Source of the DNA: Candidatus Hydrogenedentota bacterium | GTDB lineage: Bacteria; Hydrogenedentota; Hydrogenedentia; Hydrogenedentales; SLHB01 | Assembly (NCBI GenBank): GCA_963745075.1 | Contig: CAVUWV010000012.1 | Coordinates: 32,001 to 96,000 of the forward strand | Length of the DNA: 64,000 nt | Direction of reading: 5' to 3' | Part shown: one piece after another, positions 21,201-33,047 of the stretch | How positions within the stretch are numbered: the first letter of the stretch is position 1 | Layout: each line of letters starts with the position of its first letter | The notes under the pieces: model-generated | The model's database searches: none | Told to the model about the DNA's origin: nothing | Seen by the model: the letters and a program-made list of their open reading frames with translations, nothing else | Made by a program: the position numbers and the translations under genes

Positions 21201-23017
21201 CGGCAAGTGTCTCGGATGGGTGGTTATCCGTGAATTCATTGGATGCAACGCTCGGCGGGCATCAAGTCACGTTGGCCGAACCGGCGCGCGCGAGCCGTTC
21301 CGAAGACGGCGCCACCGTCGACCTTGGTCGTATCGCCGTCGATGATGGCGAAGTCGGCGGCGCGATGAATCGGGATGGGGAGAATATCGCGGCATCGTTT
21401 TCGCTCGATGCGCTACCGCTCGAATTGGTGAAATTGGCCGGTGGCCCGGCGTTGGAAGGCACGGTAGGCGGGCAGTTCGACTTGGAAGGCGAGGCGTCAC
21501 AGCCGACGGGCAACGGATCGCTCCGATTCCGCGACGTTCGGGAACCGGGCGCAGCCTATGCGCCATTTGCGGCGGATGTCAGCGCCTCCGTGGATGCCGG
21601 CGTGTGCAAGGCGTCGGTAAAGGCAACGATGGATGACCGCATCTCGGCTGACGCCTCGGCGGAGTTGCCGGTACGTTTTTCTTTTGCCCCGATGGACGTT
21701 GGCGTCGATTCCGGCCGAACGCTGCGTGGAACCTGCAAGGCCAACGCCGACCTCTCGGTGTTTCCGCAATTACTGGACTTGCAAGACCATGTGCTACAGG
21801 GTCGAGTGAAATCAGAGCTTGCGCTTGGAGGGACGGCAGCGGTTCCGGTCATTACCGGCGAAACACGAATCGAGAACGGCCGGTATGAAAACCTGAAAAC
21901 GGGAACCATTCTCGATGACTTGCATGTCGTTATCGAAGGCAAGGATCGCGAGTTGCAGGTTACCGAATTCAATGCAACGGATGGCGCCGGGGGAACGCTG
22001 TCGGCCGAAGGGCACGTTGACGTGTTGCCGGACAAACGCTTTCCGTTCTCATTGAAAGCGAACCTCGCGAACCTGCGCGTCGCCAATCGCGATACGATTT
22101 CCGGTCAGGCGGACGGGACGTTTACTGTCGCGGGCGACATGGACAAGATGGATGTAACGGGCGCGGCGACGATTGGACCTGCGACGGTGAATATTCCGAA
22201 GCGGTTGCCGGGCGAGTATCCCGAACTCAACGTTACCGAAGTGAACGGTCCGGATGACACGTCCGCACCGAAGCAGCCCGAAGTGAAAACGGACGAATCG
22301 CCGTTGACGATTGCGCTGGACGTGACGTGCGACGCACCCGGCAAGGTGTACGTCCGCAGTCAATCGATGGATACCGAGTGGAAGGGGAATCTGCACGTTG
22401 GCGGCACTGCGGATGCGGCTGAAGTCACGGGGACGTTGTCGCCGGTACGGGGACAGATCGTCTTCCTGGACCGGACCTTCGACCTACGCGAGAGCGCGAT
22501 AACGCTGGACGGAAGCACGCCTCCTTCTCCTTACCTCGATCTCAACGCCGAGACCCGTACGGCCGACATGACGGCCAAGCTGCATCTCTATGGCGTGTAC
22601 CCCGACGTGAAACTGGAACTTCAATCCGAACCGGCCTTGCCCCAGGACGAAATCCTCGCAAAGCTGTTGTTCGACCGAAATCTCAGTGACATTACTCCGT
22701 TCCAGGCGGTGCAACTTGCCGCGATGCTCGATTCCATGCGTGGTAACGACGGATTCAGCGCGCTTACCCGAACGTCACGCATGCTTGGCAATTTCCGAGT
22801 CCAAGTGCGTCGGCAAGGCGAAGGAGTCGGCGAAACGTCGGTCGCGGTGGGCAAGTATCTCAACGACAAAGTCTACGTCGAGGTCGAGCAGGGATTGAAG
22901 GACCAGAAAGGCGGCGGTCGCGTCGAATACCAAGTCACGCCCAGAATCTCCATCGAAGGCAGTGCCGACTCCGAGGGAAAGGGCAACGTCGGCATTCTAT
23001 ACAAAAAGGATTATTAA
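18254..23017 (+). CDS. tamB: TamB (DUF490) translocation and assembly module subunit
   Basis: Follows tamA; N-terminal TM; long beta-rich body; C-terminal LQSEPALPQDEILAKLLF, VGKYLNDKVYV, YKKDY. Start uncertain (GTG 18323 possible). Confidence 0.9.
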   Translation: MTVSEFTSVLDKPSENARRLPSVVRWLVRAFVASACLIVLSLLAINSGPGKRWLASYLSETLSANPRLDFQLIGLHGTLPSSIRLESINVSDSAGTIASARDVSARWSLWSILRGPFHVYAVSVNDVAILKRPPPNPDARPLDIVRAIPKALRGVRVDSFTINQLAVSEAVAGKRATFRIDGHLAGKTVEELVAALDVVRTDAPTTSATLTLNLGGGASTLGLAARVEDTAFLPELVGAEGQTPFVFTVDGDGDSNSWTGKVDGSLGGASFVNADLELAVGDTIQGSLDGIFHASRLPRAAALSERLGEVVAFQIDGQRRSDGSVALSPIKVSGGGSEFAGQLGYDAKADTVDLTVDLTTESLARVLGVTRNGLNQPAQGTVSLKGPLATPTLSTRLSVSRTPLLAVDGDLDLREGYGFDLDVAAWPKPPLIPEKAGEAIADGVNGHVAGMQRADGSLRIDESVLHVAGARLGFNADMNAGSHQLAASVNLSDLDISKLAGLVPDGSTGIVSLQGRIDGSKDGWNANATISGTSVEIKGATTAKLSGTLTGSGHSWKPSTLEGMNFAVDASAAPFTLNERSQPELRLRAEAAIPEANHLRLASAKVDSRDLAISAHGDYNIKSKGGKFGVNLSRIDLVLFKAAGHLSAQATIHTSTETPASGSLDFRVANAGGLPDPVLSLVTEQVDGKATFTLSDNSRLAIDNATLESSAMSASGTGVLDLIEKTMQTDTSFRVPNLAVLSEPMGRSLGGAIAASVSTKGPWDDFAATLAIDGDALVVDDAKVSHAELRGEVSGLPATPSGDATLRLSRDDEALSVEAAFAFAKPNLTVPNFTIESGSNQVRGNVEFDVESKHGQGAVTGDLPDLSAVGRMFDVNLAGGMKVNAVLEGPPDTEHLRVDLNGAQIGFADVSAGAVQANADINDPFGNWSGAIQVKGQSLEAGDANLAGYSVGMKGDKNTAELRMAINEGTVREWPVTLKTGMTASVSDGWLSVNSLDATLGGHQVTLAEPARASRSEDGATVDLGRIAVDDGEVGGAMNRDGENIAASFSLDALPLELVKLAGGPALEGTVGGQFDLEGEASQPTGNGSLRFRDVREPGAAYAPFAADVSASVDAGVCKASVKATMDDRISADASAELPVRFSFAPMDVGVDSGRTLRGTCKANADLSVFPQLLDLQDHVLQGRVKSELALGGTAAVPVITGETRIENGRYENLKTGTILDDLHVVIEGKDRELQVTEFNATDGAGGTLSAEGHVDVLPDKRFPFSLKANLANLRVANRDTISGQADGTFTVAGDMDKMDVTGAATIGPATVNIPKRLPGEYPELNVTEVNGPDDTSAPKQPEVKTDESPLTIALDVTCDAPGKVYVRSQSMDTEWKGNLHVGGTADAAEVTGTLSPVRGQIVFLDRTFDLRESAITLDGSTPPSPYLDLNAETRTADMTAKLHLYGVYPDVKLELQSEPALPQDEILAKLLFDRNLSDITPFQAVQLAAMLDSMRGNDGFSALTRTSRMLGNFRVQVRRQGEGVGETSVAVGKYLNDKVYVEVEQGLKDQKGGGRVEYQVTPRISIEGSADSEGKGNVGILYKKDY

Positions 23018-23064
23018 CCGTCGATTCTGCGCACGCGAATTGCGCTGTTTGTGAGGCGCAACGA

Positions 23065-23430
23065 TTATAACCGGATAATCACGTCGTCCTTGTGCAGACG
23101 CCAGGCGACCGCATAGTTAAACAGAGAGAAAAGTACAAACCCTACCAACGCCCGAATGACCCCGCTGTCCTCGGGAAACAATTTGACGTGCTCGGAGAAT
23201 TGCGGAAACGTCTTGTACATCTCCAGCAGGCAGAACTGAACGAGATAGATCGTCAGGGGGTTCTTCCCTATGATGCTGAATCCGGGGAATTGAAACTTGG
23301 CCATCTCGTTGATCGCGTAAAACAGCGCCAACGTCAGGAAGGACGTTCCCGCCGATCCGATGGTATAGGACGACAGCATCGCGCGTTGGGTGAAGTGCCA
23401 GGGCTCTTTGAAATTCGTGATCGTATCCAG
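23065..23430 (-). pseudogene. 3' remnant of a multi-pass membrane protein (DUF5009/HGSNAT-like acyltransferase)
   Basis: PWHFTQRAMLSSYTIGSAG..., IIGKNPLTIYLVQ, AWRLHKDDVIIRL resemble the C-terminus of this family. Only about 120 codons remain, with no recognisable 5' part. Confidence 0.5.
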
Positions 23431-23747
23431 AACTTGGCCATCGTGGCGTAGACTTATCCAACCCTTGGATAGCTGGAGCCGCGTATTACGTGGATCGAGG
23501 CGGTGATTCGAGGTTAACGTTCTGCACGTTCTTCGGTCCGGATTTCTCTAACCTTCCATCCGTCAATCGTTTGTGAGTTTCTGCGCCGTGGGGTTGCCGT
23601 TCCGGGCATGCGGGTTGCTCCCTTGTGCGCGTCTCGCGTTTGGCAGGGGCAACTGACAACGCGCGATGGAGTGGAAGGAGGCGGGGTGCGGATCGGCCGG
23701 CCTCGCCTCCTGAAGCTCCCGGAAGCCCGGAGCGATTGAATGAAACA

Positions 23748-23776
23748 TTGCAAATATCGGGTTCCTTTGCTATTCT
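23748..23776 (+). promoter_or_regulatory. Putative sigma70 promoter
   Basis: TTGCAA-N17-TATTCT with extended -10 TGn, in an AT-rich patch about 415 bp upstream of ATG 24193. Confidence 0.5.
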
Positions 23777-24192
23777 CAATTTGCTTCGTATTGCCCCTGC
23801 GAATGAAAGTTCTGTGATTCGGTGTCACACGGTGCGTTCGGATGAAACGCAGGAGGCAAAAGGGGCATGTCGATTCCAGGGGAAGGGAAAGTGCTGAGTC
23901 CGTACACACGCGAGGGGTTCCAATCTTCGAACGAGAAGTGGAAGCGTGTGAGGCGGTTGTGGAACGGCGCGAGGCGTTCCCGGCTTACCGATCGTTTATC
24001 CTCCCATCGGCTCCATCCTCCCAGGCAACTTGTACGATGCGCCACCTGATGTCTGCGCGGTAACGACGGCTCGTTTGCGCAGACCGAACCGGTTCCGATT
24101 GGAACGAGTACCAGCCGCGTGTGCCACGCGGATACATGGATAGTGCGTCACGTAGATCCGGGGAAGGGCGTTAGTCGACGAGGGAGACGGAA

Positions 24193-27100
24193 ATGATGGG
24201 CAAAGGGGACCGTGGTGCGAATGGGGTCGTCTGTCTATTCGGCGTATTAGCGGCGGCGGTTTTTTTGATTGGCGCTACCGGAATTCCGGGGCAGGGCTAC
24301 CAGAAGGCGAATGCGTCGGATTTCGGAGTAACACGGGATACTCAACTGGATCGGGGACCTGCTGACCCCGTATCAATCGAGACGGAAGGTGCGACCGTCG
24401 ATCCGCAGGCTCATGCCGCGGTTCAGCAGTTTATGTCAGGTTCATCAGTCTTCATCAAAAACGAGGGGCAATGGCCGGACGATTCGATTGCGTTCGCTCT
24501 GGATGGTTCCGGCGCCAACGTCGGGCTGACGGACGCGGGTCCTCGCTTTCAACTGTTTCGCGCTATGACAGCGCCGACAAGCTCACTTGCGCCGTCCGAC
24601 CCGAACCAAGTTCTTTCGGAAGGCGCCACCACCGCAATGCGGGAATTTGGTGTCGTCTTTGACGGCGCGGCCCGCGTAACGCCCACCGGCCACGACCAGG
24701 CCGCCCGTACGTTCAACTACCTCCGGGGTGACGTCGCTCTTCATCGGGAAGGCGTCCCCTCTTACGCATCCGTATGGTACGAAGACTTGTATCCTGGCGT
24801 GAATCTCGAACTGACCGGCAACCGATCCGGCATCAAGTACAACTTCCACATCGCGCCCGGCGCGGACTGGCGCACGATCCGCGTCCGCTACGACGGGATC
24901 CAGGGACTGTCGTTGCGCCCGGACGGCGCGCTCGAAATTCGCATCGCCGACGGCTGGGGCATCCTCACCGACGCCGTGCCCTACATTTACCAAGAAGTCA
25001 ATGGCGCGAACGTGGAGGTTCCCGGCCGATTCGTTCTGTTGGACGACCGTACCTGCGGTTTTGAGATCACAGGGAATTACGACTCGGCATTGCCTCTCAC
25101 TATTGACCCGGTTGTCGACTGGGGAAGCTACTTGGGCGGAACTCTGCAGGACGAAGCAAACGACGTTGCCGTAGATGCGAGCGGGAATGTTTACGTCGCT
25201 GGGCATACGCAATCATCGGGTTGGGTGAGTGGTGGCTGGGACACGGTTCTCGACGGGACTCAAGATGCCTGTGTCGTGAAGTTAGATCCAACGGGTGGCC
25301 ACCTTTGGTCAACATACGTGGGTGGCGCGGATTTTGAGCGGGGCTGGGGTATTGCGGTAGACGGAGATGGCAACACGTACATAACGGGAGAGACTTATTC
25401 GGCAGGCTGGGTAAGCGGAGGTTGGGACACTTCGTACGGGGGCGGTGGAGATGGTTTTCTCGTCAAGCTTGCCACTGATGGCACGTATGCTTGGTCTACT
25501 TACCTTGGCGATACGAATTACGAAGTCGGCTACAGCATTGCCGTGGATCCGAACGGCAATGTATACGTGACGGGAGAAACCCAGTCATCGGGTTGGGTGA
25601 GCGGTGGCTGGGACACGACCTATGCCGGCGTCGGTCGGGATGGCTTCGTGGTGAAACTAGACGCGACCGGCAGTCACGTCTGGTCCACCTACCTGGGCGC
25701 GATTGGTAACGAATACGGTTACGGCATTACGGTGGATGGCGTTGGGAATGTCTTTGCTACCGGATCCACTGGATCGTCCGGTTGGGTCAGCGGCGGCGGC
25801 GATACCACGTTCAACGGTGGTACCGATATCTACGTCGTTGATCTTCGGCAGCTGGCGCTCACGTGTGGTCCACCTACCTGGGCGGAAGTTCTGACGACTA
25901 CGGTCGCGGCATAGCTTTAGATGGAAGCGGCAACATCTACGTTACGGGAGACACCCAATCCGTAAGTTGGGTCAGCGGGGGGTGGGACAGCGTCATTGGC
26001 GGTCCGCAAGATGCCTTTGTGGCGAAGTTGAATTCGTCAGGCACCCAACTCTGGTCCACCTATGTTGGGGGTACGAGCGCCGAGATTGGCTACGGTATTG
26101 CGGTCGATGGAAGTGGCAATGCGTATGTGACCGGGCGAACGCAGTCCTCAGGTTGGGTCAGCGGCGGTTTCCTGACCACCTATGCGGGGGGCAGTAATGA
26201 TGCCTTCATAATCAAGTTCTCGACATCCGGTTTACACGTTTGGTCCAGTTACTTGGGTGGGGGGGATGTTGACTTTGGTTACGGCATTGCGGTCAATGGC
26301 AATGTATACGTTGCAGGGACAACGGGCTCCGGGGGCTGGGTGAGTGGAGGATGGGACACCGTTTTTAATTCTCAAGACGGCTATGTGGTCCAAATCTCGC
26401 AACTCACCGACCTCGCAGTTGCGCCGAGCAATCCTGGCGCGACGGCGGTCGATACCGATCGTATCACTTGGACGTGGCAGGATAATTCGGACAACGAGAC
26501 CGGATTCAACGTATACGATGATCCGGGTATTGGCCCTCCCTCCACTTTGCAAACTACGACCGCGGCTGATGTCACTTCGTGGCAGCATACCGGTCTATCG
26601 GTTAATACGCGGTACGCACTTCAGGTGACTGCGGGAAACGCCAACGGAGATAGCGCGGGCACTCCCAATTTTACGGCGTATACCGGAATCGAGCCGGTTT
26701 CTTCGTTGATCTTCTCGAGTGTCAGTGCGAATGGAATCAGCGTAGCGTCTGCGAATCTGCCCAGCAATCTTGCGAGCGGCTCCTCCGGTCTCTATTTTGC
26801 CAATACGTCCATTGGTACCAACTCGGGGTGGCAGAAAGATAACACGGCGTGGAATTCGACGGGTCTTGTTCCAAATACGCCATACACATTCACCGGAGTT
26901 TCCCGGAATGGCGACGGACTTCAGACTGTTCCCTCCTCGCCGGTAGTAAAGTACACACTTGCGGTTACCCCGGTCGCACCGCTGGTGTCGGTTCCGGCGA
27001 ACCACGCGACGGCGGTCCACGCGCTGGACGTGGTCATTGGACCCGGCGACGGAAACCCCGTGGCGACGGAATACGCCATTCAGATTTCTCCGTCCGTTGG

Positions 27101-30100
27101 CGGAAATTCGTGGGTGCAAGCCGACGGCACGGTGGGAGCTTCACCGGTATATCGGTTGGCACCGGCATGGGATGCCGTGCGTGTGACAGGATTGGCAAAG
27201 GCAACCACCTACACATTTACCGTCATCGCCCATAACGGCGACAACGTCGATACGGCCTTCGGCCCCGGTGGTGTGGCTACTACGGCGGACAATGCCCCAC
27301 CGAGTGCGCCGGTGTTGAATTTCCCGACGGTCCAGAGCACGAGCGCGAACCTGGTGTGTTTCGTCGCGTTCCCCAGCACCGACGCGGATGGCGACACCAT
27401 CCTTTACGAATACGACTGGTACGTGAAATACAACGGCTTCCCGAGCTTTGTCTTGTTCCAGAACGGGGCTCCGGAGGCGGCGTTGTCGAGCCAGGTGAAC
27501 TACACGGACACCGTACCCGGCGACGTGTGGTATTGCGTGGTCACTCCGCACGATGAAGAGGAAGCGGGCACGGCGGCCACGAGCCCCAATTGCGATGTCG
27601 TGCTGGGCGGCATTACGCCATCGTTTATCTCGCTATCCGTAGCGCCTACACCGGTGACCCTGGGCCAGTCCGTTACCGCGTCGGGGTTCGTGTTCCCGAC
27701 GCCCAGCGGCAGCCCGAACGTGACCTTCTCGAGCACGTCGCCCTCCGGCGTTGTATCGGGGGTCTTCCCCGAAGGCACGCCGCTGTCGGGTGGCGCGTAT
27801 AGCAAGACCTTCGTACCGACCGAGGCGACGGAAGGCCGCGACCCGTGGAAACTGACCGCGTCCTGGGACGGGGACAGCACCTTTACAGCGGCGACCAGCG
27901 CTGAAGTAAGCTTCAATGTGCTGAAGGCGTCGCCCGCGGTCGAACTCAGCTTGAACGCGACCGCCGTACCGCTTGGATACAGCGACCTGGTTGCGACAGT
28001 CCAGGTGTCGGCGCCTATCCCCGCGTCGCTGAACGGCCTGTTGTCCGGCCTTTCCGTGCAACTGTTCGCCCGCCTGCCGGACGGCAGTTCGCTCTGGTCG
28101 CCGGGTAGCGCGCCGACGGCCATAACCGATGCCGATGGGATCGCCGTATTCTCGGCCGCGGAATTGGCGACGGCGGGGCTGGATTTGTCGACAGCGGGCA
28201 CCTGGCAGTGGCGCGCGGACTTCGCCGGCAACGACAACTTCACGACCGCCTCGTCTCCGGCCTACGACCTGTCCACTTCCGTTCGGTTGACGGTTCGTGA
28301 CCGCGCCGGTTATGCGATAATCACGGTGGGTCGTCTGGACGTATCCGGTGAAGGCATCGCCGAGCACAACAAGACGGCGGACTTCGTCTACCGCGCATTG
28401 CGCGATCGCGGATTCCCCGATAACGACATCTACTACCTGCGCCAGGGGGTTGTGCCGGCAACGCCGGAATACCAGGACATCATCGTGGACGATCCAACGC
28501 CGACGCAGGCCGAAGTGCAGTACGCGATAAGTCAGTGGGCCGCCGCGCAAGTGAACGCATCGGCCGCGCCCGTGTACGTCATCTTCGTGGACCACGGAAG
28601 CCCCGAGCAGTTCTACCTGTATGCCGGCGACCTCGGCGAGGCGCTTGTCATTACTCCGGAAGAGCTGGACAGCTACTTCGATGTATTGGAGACGAACATT
28701 GGCGCCAAAGCCACGACCCCGGACACGGATCGGTTCTTCATATACGGCGCCTGCCGGTCGGGTAGTTTCATTCCGGCCATGTCGGCCCCGGGCCGGACGA
28801 TCATCACGAGCAGCGCCGCGGACGAAGTCTCGCACCGGGGCGTCGTCGATCCCTCGGACGGGGTGCGTGACGGCGAGATGTTTATTACGGAGCTGTTCCG
28901 GGGGTTGCGTGACGGCAAGACGTTTAAGGAATCCTTCGAACACGCCTCGGACCAGACCCGCGATTATACCCAGGGTCCGGCCAATGGCGCCGGCGAACCG
29001 CCGCAATCGCCCATGTTGGACGACAACGGCGACGGAACGGGTTCCAGCGGAACCTTGTCCTTTGCGCCGGGCGAGGACGGCGGGAGGGCCAATGAACTTG
29101 CGCTCGGCTATGGCGTGAACGCCGGCGGCGAATTCGCCAGTTGGCTGGCGGCCACCTCGACCATTGTACTTGGGCCGAGCGATCCGATGCCGACCATTGA
29201 AGCCCTTACCGACAAGCGGCCCGCCACTAATGTGGAGGCATGGATCGAGGTCAAGTCATCGACCTATGCGGGCGACGACATCGCCGATCCAGGCTTTGAG
29301 GATTCCCAGGAAGTGGTCAATTTGACGGTAATCCCGGCAGACCTGGGCAGTTCCGACATCACCAACGGCATCTTCCGTTGGCCCTTGACGGCTCCGGATC
29401 AGGTTACGTTGTTCTCGGCGCCGGGTACCTACGCCGTCTATTACTACTTGCGAGACGGTGGAGACGGGAACGGTGCGGGAGACGTGAGCAGCTATCTGCT
29501 CACGACGGTGTACCGGCAACAGGCCGGAAACCAACCCCCGCTGCCGGTAACGCTGGTTTATCCCGCCGATGGGGCCCAACTTCCGACGACCGTATTCTTC
29601 GCGTGGGACGAAACGACCGATCCCGATGGCGACGCGGTCACCTACCGCCTGGAGGTGGCGGAGGATCTTGCGTTCTCCACCGGGCTTATCGTCCGTGAGG
29701 GCGTGACGGACACCTTGGTGCAGTTGACGGAATCCGACGGAATACAGGATCTCACGACCTACTATTGGCGCGTCATCCCGGTGGACGAATACGGGGCCAG
29801 CCCGACGTCCAACGCGGTGCGGACGTTCACGACGAACAACAGCAATCCCGACGCCTCGTGCGCTATCCAGGGACGGATCAAGAGCGCCGTCGACGGTTCG
29901 GCTCTATCCGGCGCAACGGCGACGTTGACACCGGGGTTTGTCAATTTCACGACCGTATTCAACGGCCAGTATCGCTATCTCTACCTGGCACAAGGCACGT
30001 ATACCGTGCAGGTTACTGCACCCGGTTTTAAGACCGGGTCGGCCATCCTGACCCTTTATAACGGTCAACAGCGCACCTATGATTTCACCCTACAGCCATT

Positions 30101-30668
30101 GACGGGAGCGGTGCAGGTGACCATCACACCCGCGGCCGCTCGTACCGAGGGAGCACAATGGCGAGTGGACGGTGGTCTGTGGCACGACAGCGGGTACATT
30201 GTTAACGGCCTGCCCGTCGGCGACCATACGATCAGTTACAAGACATTAACGAATTGGGCGGCACCTGCCAATAAATCGGTAACGATTCAATCCAATCAAA
30301 CGACATTGACTACGGGGGTCTACACGACCGGGACGGGCTCGTTGAAAGTTGTCATTACGCCGCAACAGGCGATTGACCTGGGTGCGTTGTGGCGCGTGGA
30401 CGGGGGCGCGTGGCAAAGCTCCGGAGCCACGGTCAGCGGTTTGTCGTTGGGAACCCATACGGTGGAGTTCAAGCCCGTGACCGGGTGGTTCACGCCGTCC
30501 AGTCAGCAGGTAGATTTGACCCTGAACGCGACGTTACAGACCGACGTTACATACTACGAATTGACATCATTGCCGTTAGGCTGGATGTCGGTGGCTGGTG
30601 TCATGATGCTGGTCGGATGCCTTGCATTAGTCCGCCGGCAAAAACGGGCTCATGGCGGGGAGTTATGA
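24193..30668 (+). CDS. Giant cell-surface protein: SBBP beta-propeller + FN3/Ig + C13-like (legumain-type) peptidase + C-terminal anchor (one frameshift ~25843)
   Basis: Signal peptide; WSTYLGG / IAVDGSGNxYVTG / SSGWVSGGWDT repeats continue across the frame junction; WQDNSDNETGF (FN3); FVDHG...YGACRSGSF dyad; two WRVDGGxW repeats; SLPLG + TM + RRQKR tail. About 2150 aa when repaired. Confidence 0.85.
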
Positions 30669-30760
30669 CAAGAGGCCTGTTGTTGACGCAGGCCGAAAGG
30701 AGCGTTCTCATTGCTTAGGCGTCTGAGCACGGCAATGAGGACGTCAGCGGTGGAGACCCG

Positions 30761-32827
30761 ATGCCTCGTGGATTAGTATTTCGACTAGGGGAAGACCGGG
30801 CGTTCTGGACTGCCGTCCGGGACGAAGGCGCCCCCTTCTCCATTCGGATTGGTCGTGGGCGGGAAAGCGAATTGATTCTTCCGAAGCGGTTGCCGGCGGA
30901 AGTTCGCGAAACGGTGTCCCGCGCGCACGCCCGTGTTTTCCGGAATCGGAAGACGTTGCGCATCGAAGACCTCGGCTCGGTTAATTTTACTTACGCCAAC
31001 GGCCAGATCGTGCTTGCCCCCGTCGAACTTGTTTTGCCAGCAACGATCCGGCTCGGTGAAGTCACGTTATACGTCAATCACGAGCCCATCGGCGCCGAAT
31101 CGCCTGATGCAAGCCAAACGACCGGTACGTGGACGTTGGAGGTGACTGGCACCCGCAGCGCATTTCTCGACACACCTCCGCAAGCCATGGCGGCAGCCTG
31201 GCGAGGGGTGTCCGACCGGCTGCGTTGGTCCAGCATAGTTTTTGAGGTGGCCGAATGTGTCAACGCGGCGCGGCGCGCGGAGGAAGTCGAACTATACCTT
31301 CGCGCAATCCTGGCTCAGCAACTTAACGTACGCGACATTGCCGTCCTGTGGTCTGTAAGCCCGTCGCGTTCACAGGCGGCCTTGGAAGCGTTGGGGGTGC
31401 CAGGTGATTGGGCTGCCGGCATCCAGCAGCAGCTTGCGTCGTTGCGCGACGGGAACCCCTTGGTTTCGCTTGAACTTCCAGCGCGAACCGCTTCTGCTTG
31501 GGCCGTTCGGTCTTTTGACACCGCGGATCCCACGTTTACCGTGCTGGTTGCGTGGCCGATCAATGGGAGGGCCAAAATCCCTCCGGAGGATATCGGCACG
31601 GTCCTGGCGCTCTGTTTGCGTGTCGTTCAACCGACCCTGAGTGCGCTTCGGGAATTAGAGTCGCGTCGGGCGTCGGAGATCCAAGCGCTTCCGCATATGC
31701 CTTCGGAGGAAATGCTGCGTATCTGCCGCGATCGTCACATGTGGGGCCGTTCTCCGGCATTTCTCAAAGCGCTCTACTATGCCGAACATGCGGCGACCCG
31801 ATACTTGGGCATGCATCGGCCGGATCAGCGTCTTTCCTCCGTTTTCGTGCTGGGTGAAACGGGCACGGGGAAAAGCGCGTTGGCGCGTCTGATTCATCAC
31901 CTCTCCAAGCACAGCGAGGAGCGTTTTGAAGAACTGAATTGCGCGGCGATCCCGGTGCCCCTGGCAGAATCGGAACTGTTCGGATACGAGAAAGGCTCCC
32001 ACGACAAAGCGTTCAGTGCGAAGGAAGGGCTTTTCGAAACTGCGAATCGAGGGACGCTATTCCTGGACGAAATCGGGAAGACCACGAAAGAGTTTCAGAG
32101 CAAACTGCTCAAGGTTCTTGATACGGGTGAATACCGGCGTTTGGGCGGGAACCAGTCCCGCCAAACGTCATGCTATGTAATTCTGGCCGCCAGCGAGGAC
32201 CCGGAATTCCTGATCAAAGAGGGAATACTTCTTGAGGAACTTTGGTATCGAACCGGCGCCTTTACCGTCACCCTACCACCATTGCGTGAACGCGGTCAGG
32301 ATTTGGATTTGCTCGTCGAGATGGCCGTTGAACATCTGGGGCAATCGCACGAGACCGGCCAATCGAAGCGTGTATCGCCGCAAGTATTGGCCCTGTTTCG
32401 CGGTTATCACTGGCCGGGGAATGTCCGGGAACTCATGCAATACCTGGATGTCGCTCATGCGTTGGCGCCATCCGACGCGCCGGAAATAGACGTTGCGCAC
32501 TTGCCCGAGAATCTGTTGCGAAGTCTTGGTGTACGTCCTGCGACGGAAACCACACGACCGGGCTTGGATACTACCAAGGCCTGGGATGAGGTCATTTCGG
32601 CGGTCGAGCGCGAGTATCTCGTATGCCTGGTTCGCGAATGCGAAGGTAACCTTATGGAAGTGGCACGCCGTTCTGACAAGGCGTACCAAACGATTCACAC
32701 CAAGTTGAAGCTGTTTCGCGGCTGGCTCGACGAAGCGGCGACGCCGGAGCGCGAGGCGGAAAAGAATCGCCTGCGATCGCTTGCCGACGCCTATTGGAAC
32801 GTCATCGAAAAGGGGGCGACGCCATGA
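30761..32827 (+). CDS. FHA-domain sigma54-type enhancer-binding protein (AAA+, Fis-like HTH)
   Basis: FHA motifs IGRG, VSRAHA, DLGSVN; Walker A GETGTGKS; NCAAIP..LAESELFGYEKG; Walker B FLDEIG; WPGNVREL; HTH GNLMEVARR. Confidence 0.9.
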   Translation: MPRGLVFRLGEDRAFWTAVRDEGAPFSIRIGRGRESELILPKRLPAEVRETVSRAHARVFRNRKTLRIEDLGSVNFTYANGQIVLAPVELVLPATIRLGEVTLYVNHEPIGAESPDASQTTGTWTLEVTGTRSAFLDTPPQAMAAAWRGVSDRLRWSSIVFEVAECVNAARRAEEVELYLRAILAQQLNVRDIAVLWSVSPSRSQAALEALGVPGDWAAGIQQQLASLRDGNPLVSLELPARTASAWAVRSFDTADPTFTVLVAWPINGRAKIPPEDIGTVLALCLRVVQPTLSALRELESRRASEIQALPHMPSEEMLRICRDRHMWGRSPAFLKALYYAEHAATRYLGMHRPDQRLSSVFVLGETGTGKSALARLIHHLSKHSEERFEELNCAAIPVPLAESELFGYEKGSHDKAFSAKEGLFETANRGTLFLDEIGKTTKEFQSKLLKVLDTGEYRRLGGNQSRQTSCYVILAASEDPEFLIKEGILLEELWYRTGAFTVTLPPLRERGQDLDLLVEMAVEHLGQSHETGQSKRVSPQVLALFRGYHWPGNVRELMQYLDVAHALAPSDAPEIDVAHLPENLLRSLGVRPATETTRPGLDTTKAWDEVISAVEREYLVCLVRECEGNLMEVARRSDKAYQTIHTKLKLFRGWLDEAATPEREAEKNRLRSLADAYWNVIEKGATP

Positions 32828-33047
32828 GTTCCAAGGGCATCAGGCTCGAACGAAATGCGCGGCTGTCGGCAAGACTCTCTTTCCATAAACTAGATAGCTT
32901 GACGGTGTCGCTATCTAAACATTGGATAGCGGGTCGCCGCAAATACTCAGGTTCTCTCTTTTCCGAATGCCATCTCTTGTTTCATAAGATATTATATTGC
33001 ATTGCTTTACATGTCAATGCGTGTTTTGCGGTTCCAAGTTCCAGATC

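Noticed and set aside
25100..26400. Regular DNA repeats (GGTTGGGT.AG.GG.GG.TGGGAC) as a CRISPR array or DGR
   Set aside because: They are in-frame, degenerate at third codon positions and encode SBBP blades. There are no unique spacers, cas genes or reverse transcriptase.
27633..29006. Long antisense ORFs (this one, 2391-3563, 6468-7667, 58842-59969 and similar)
   Set aside because: They are shadow ORFs opposite well-supported genes, as expected from high-GC codon bias.
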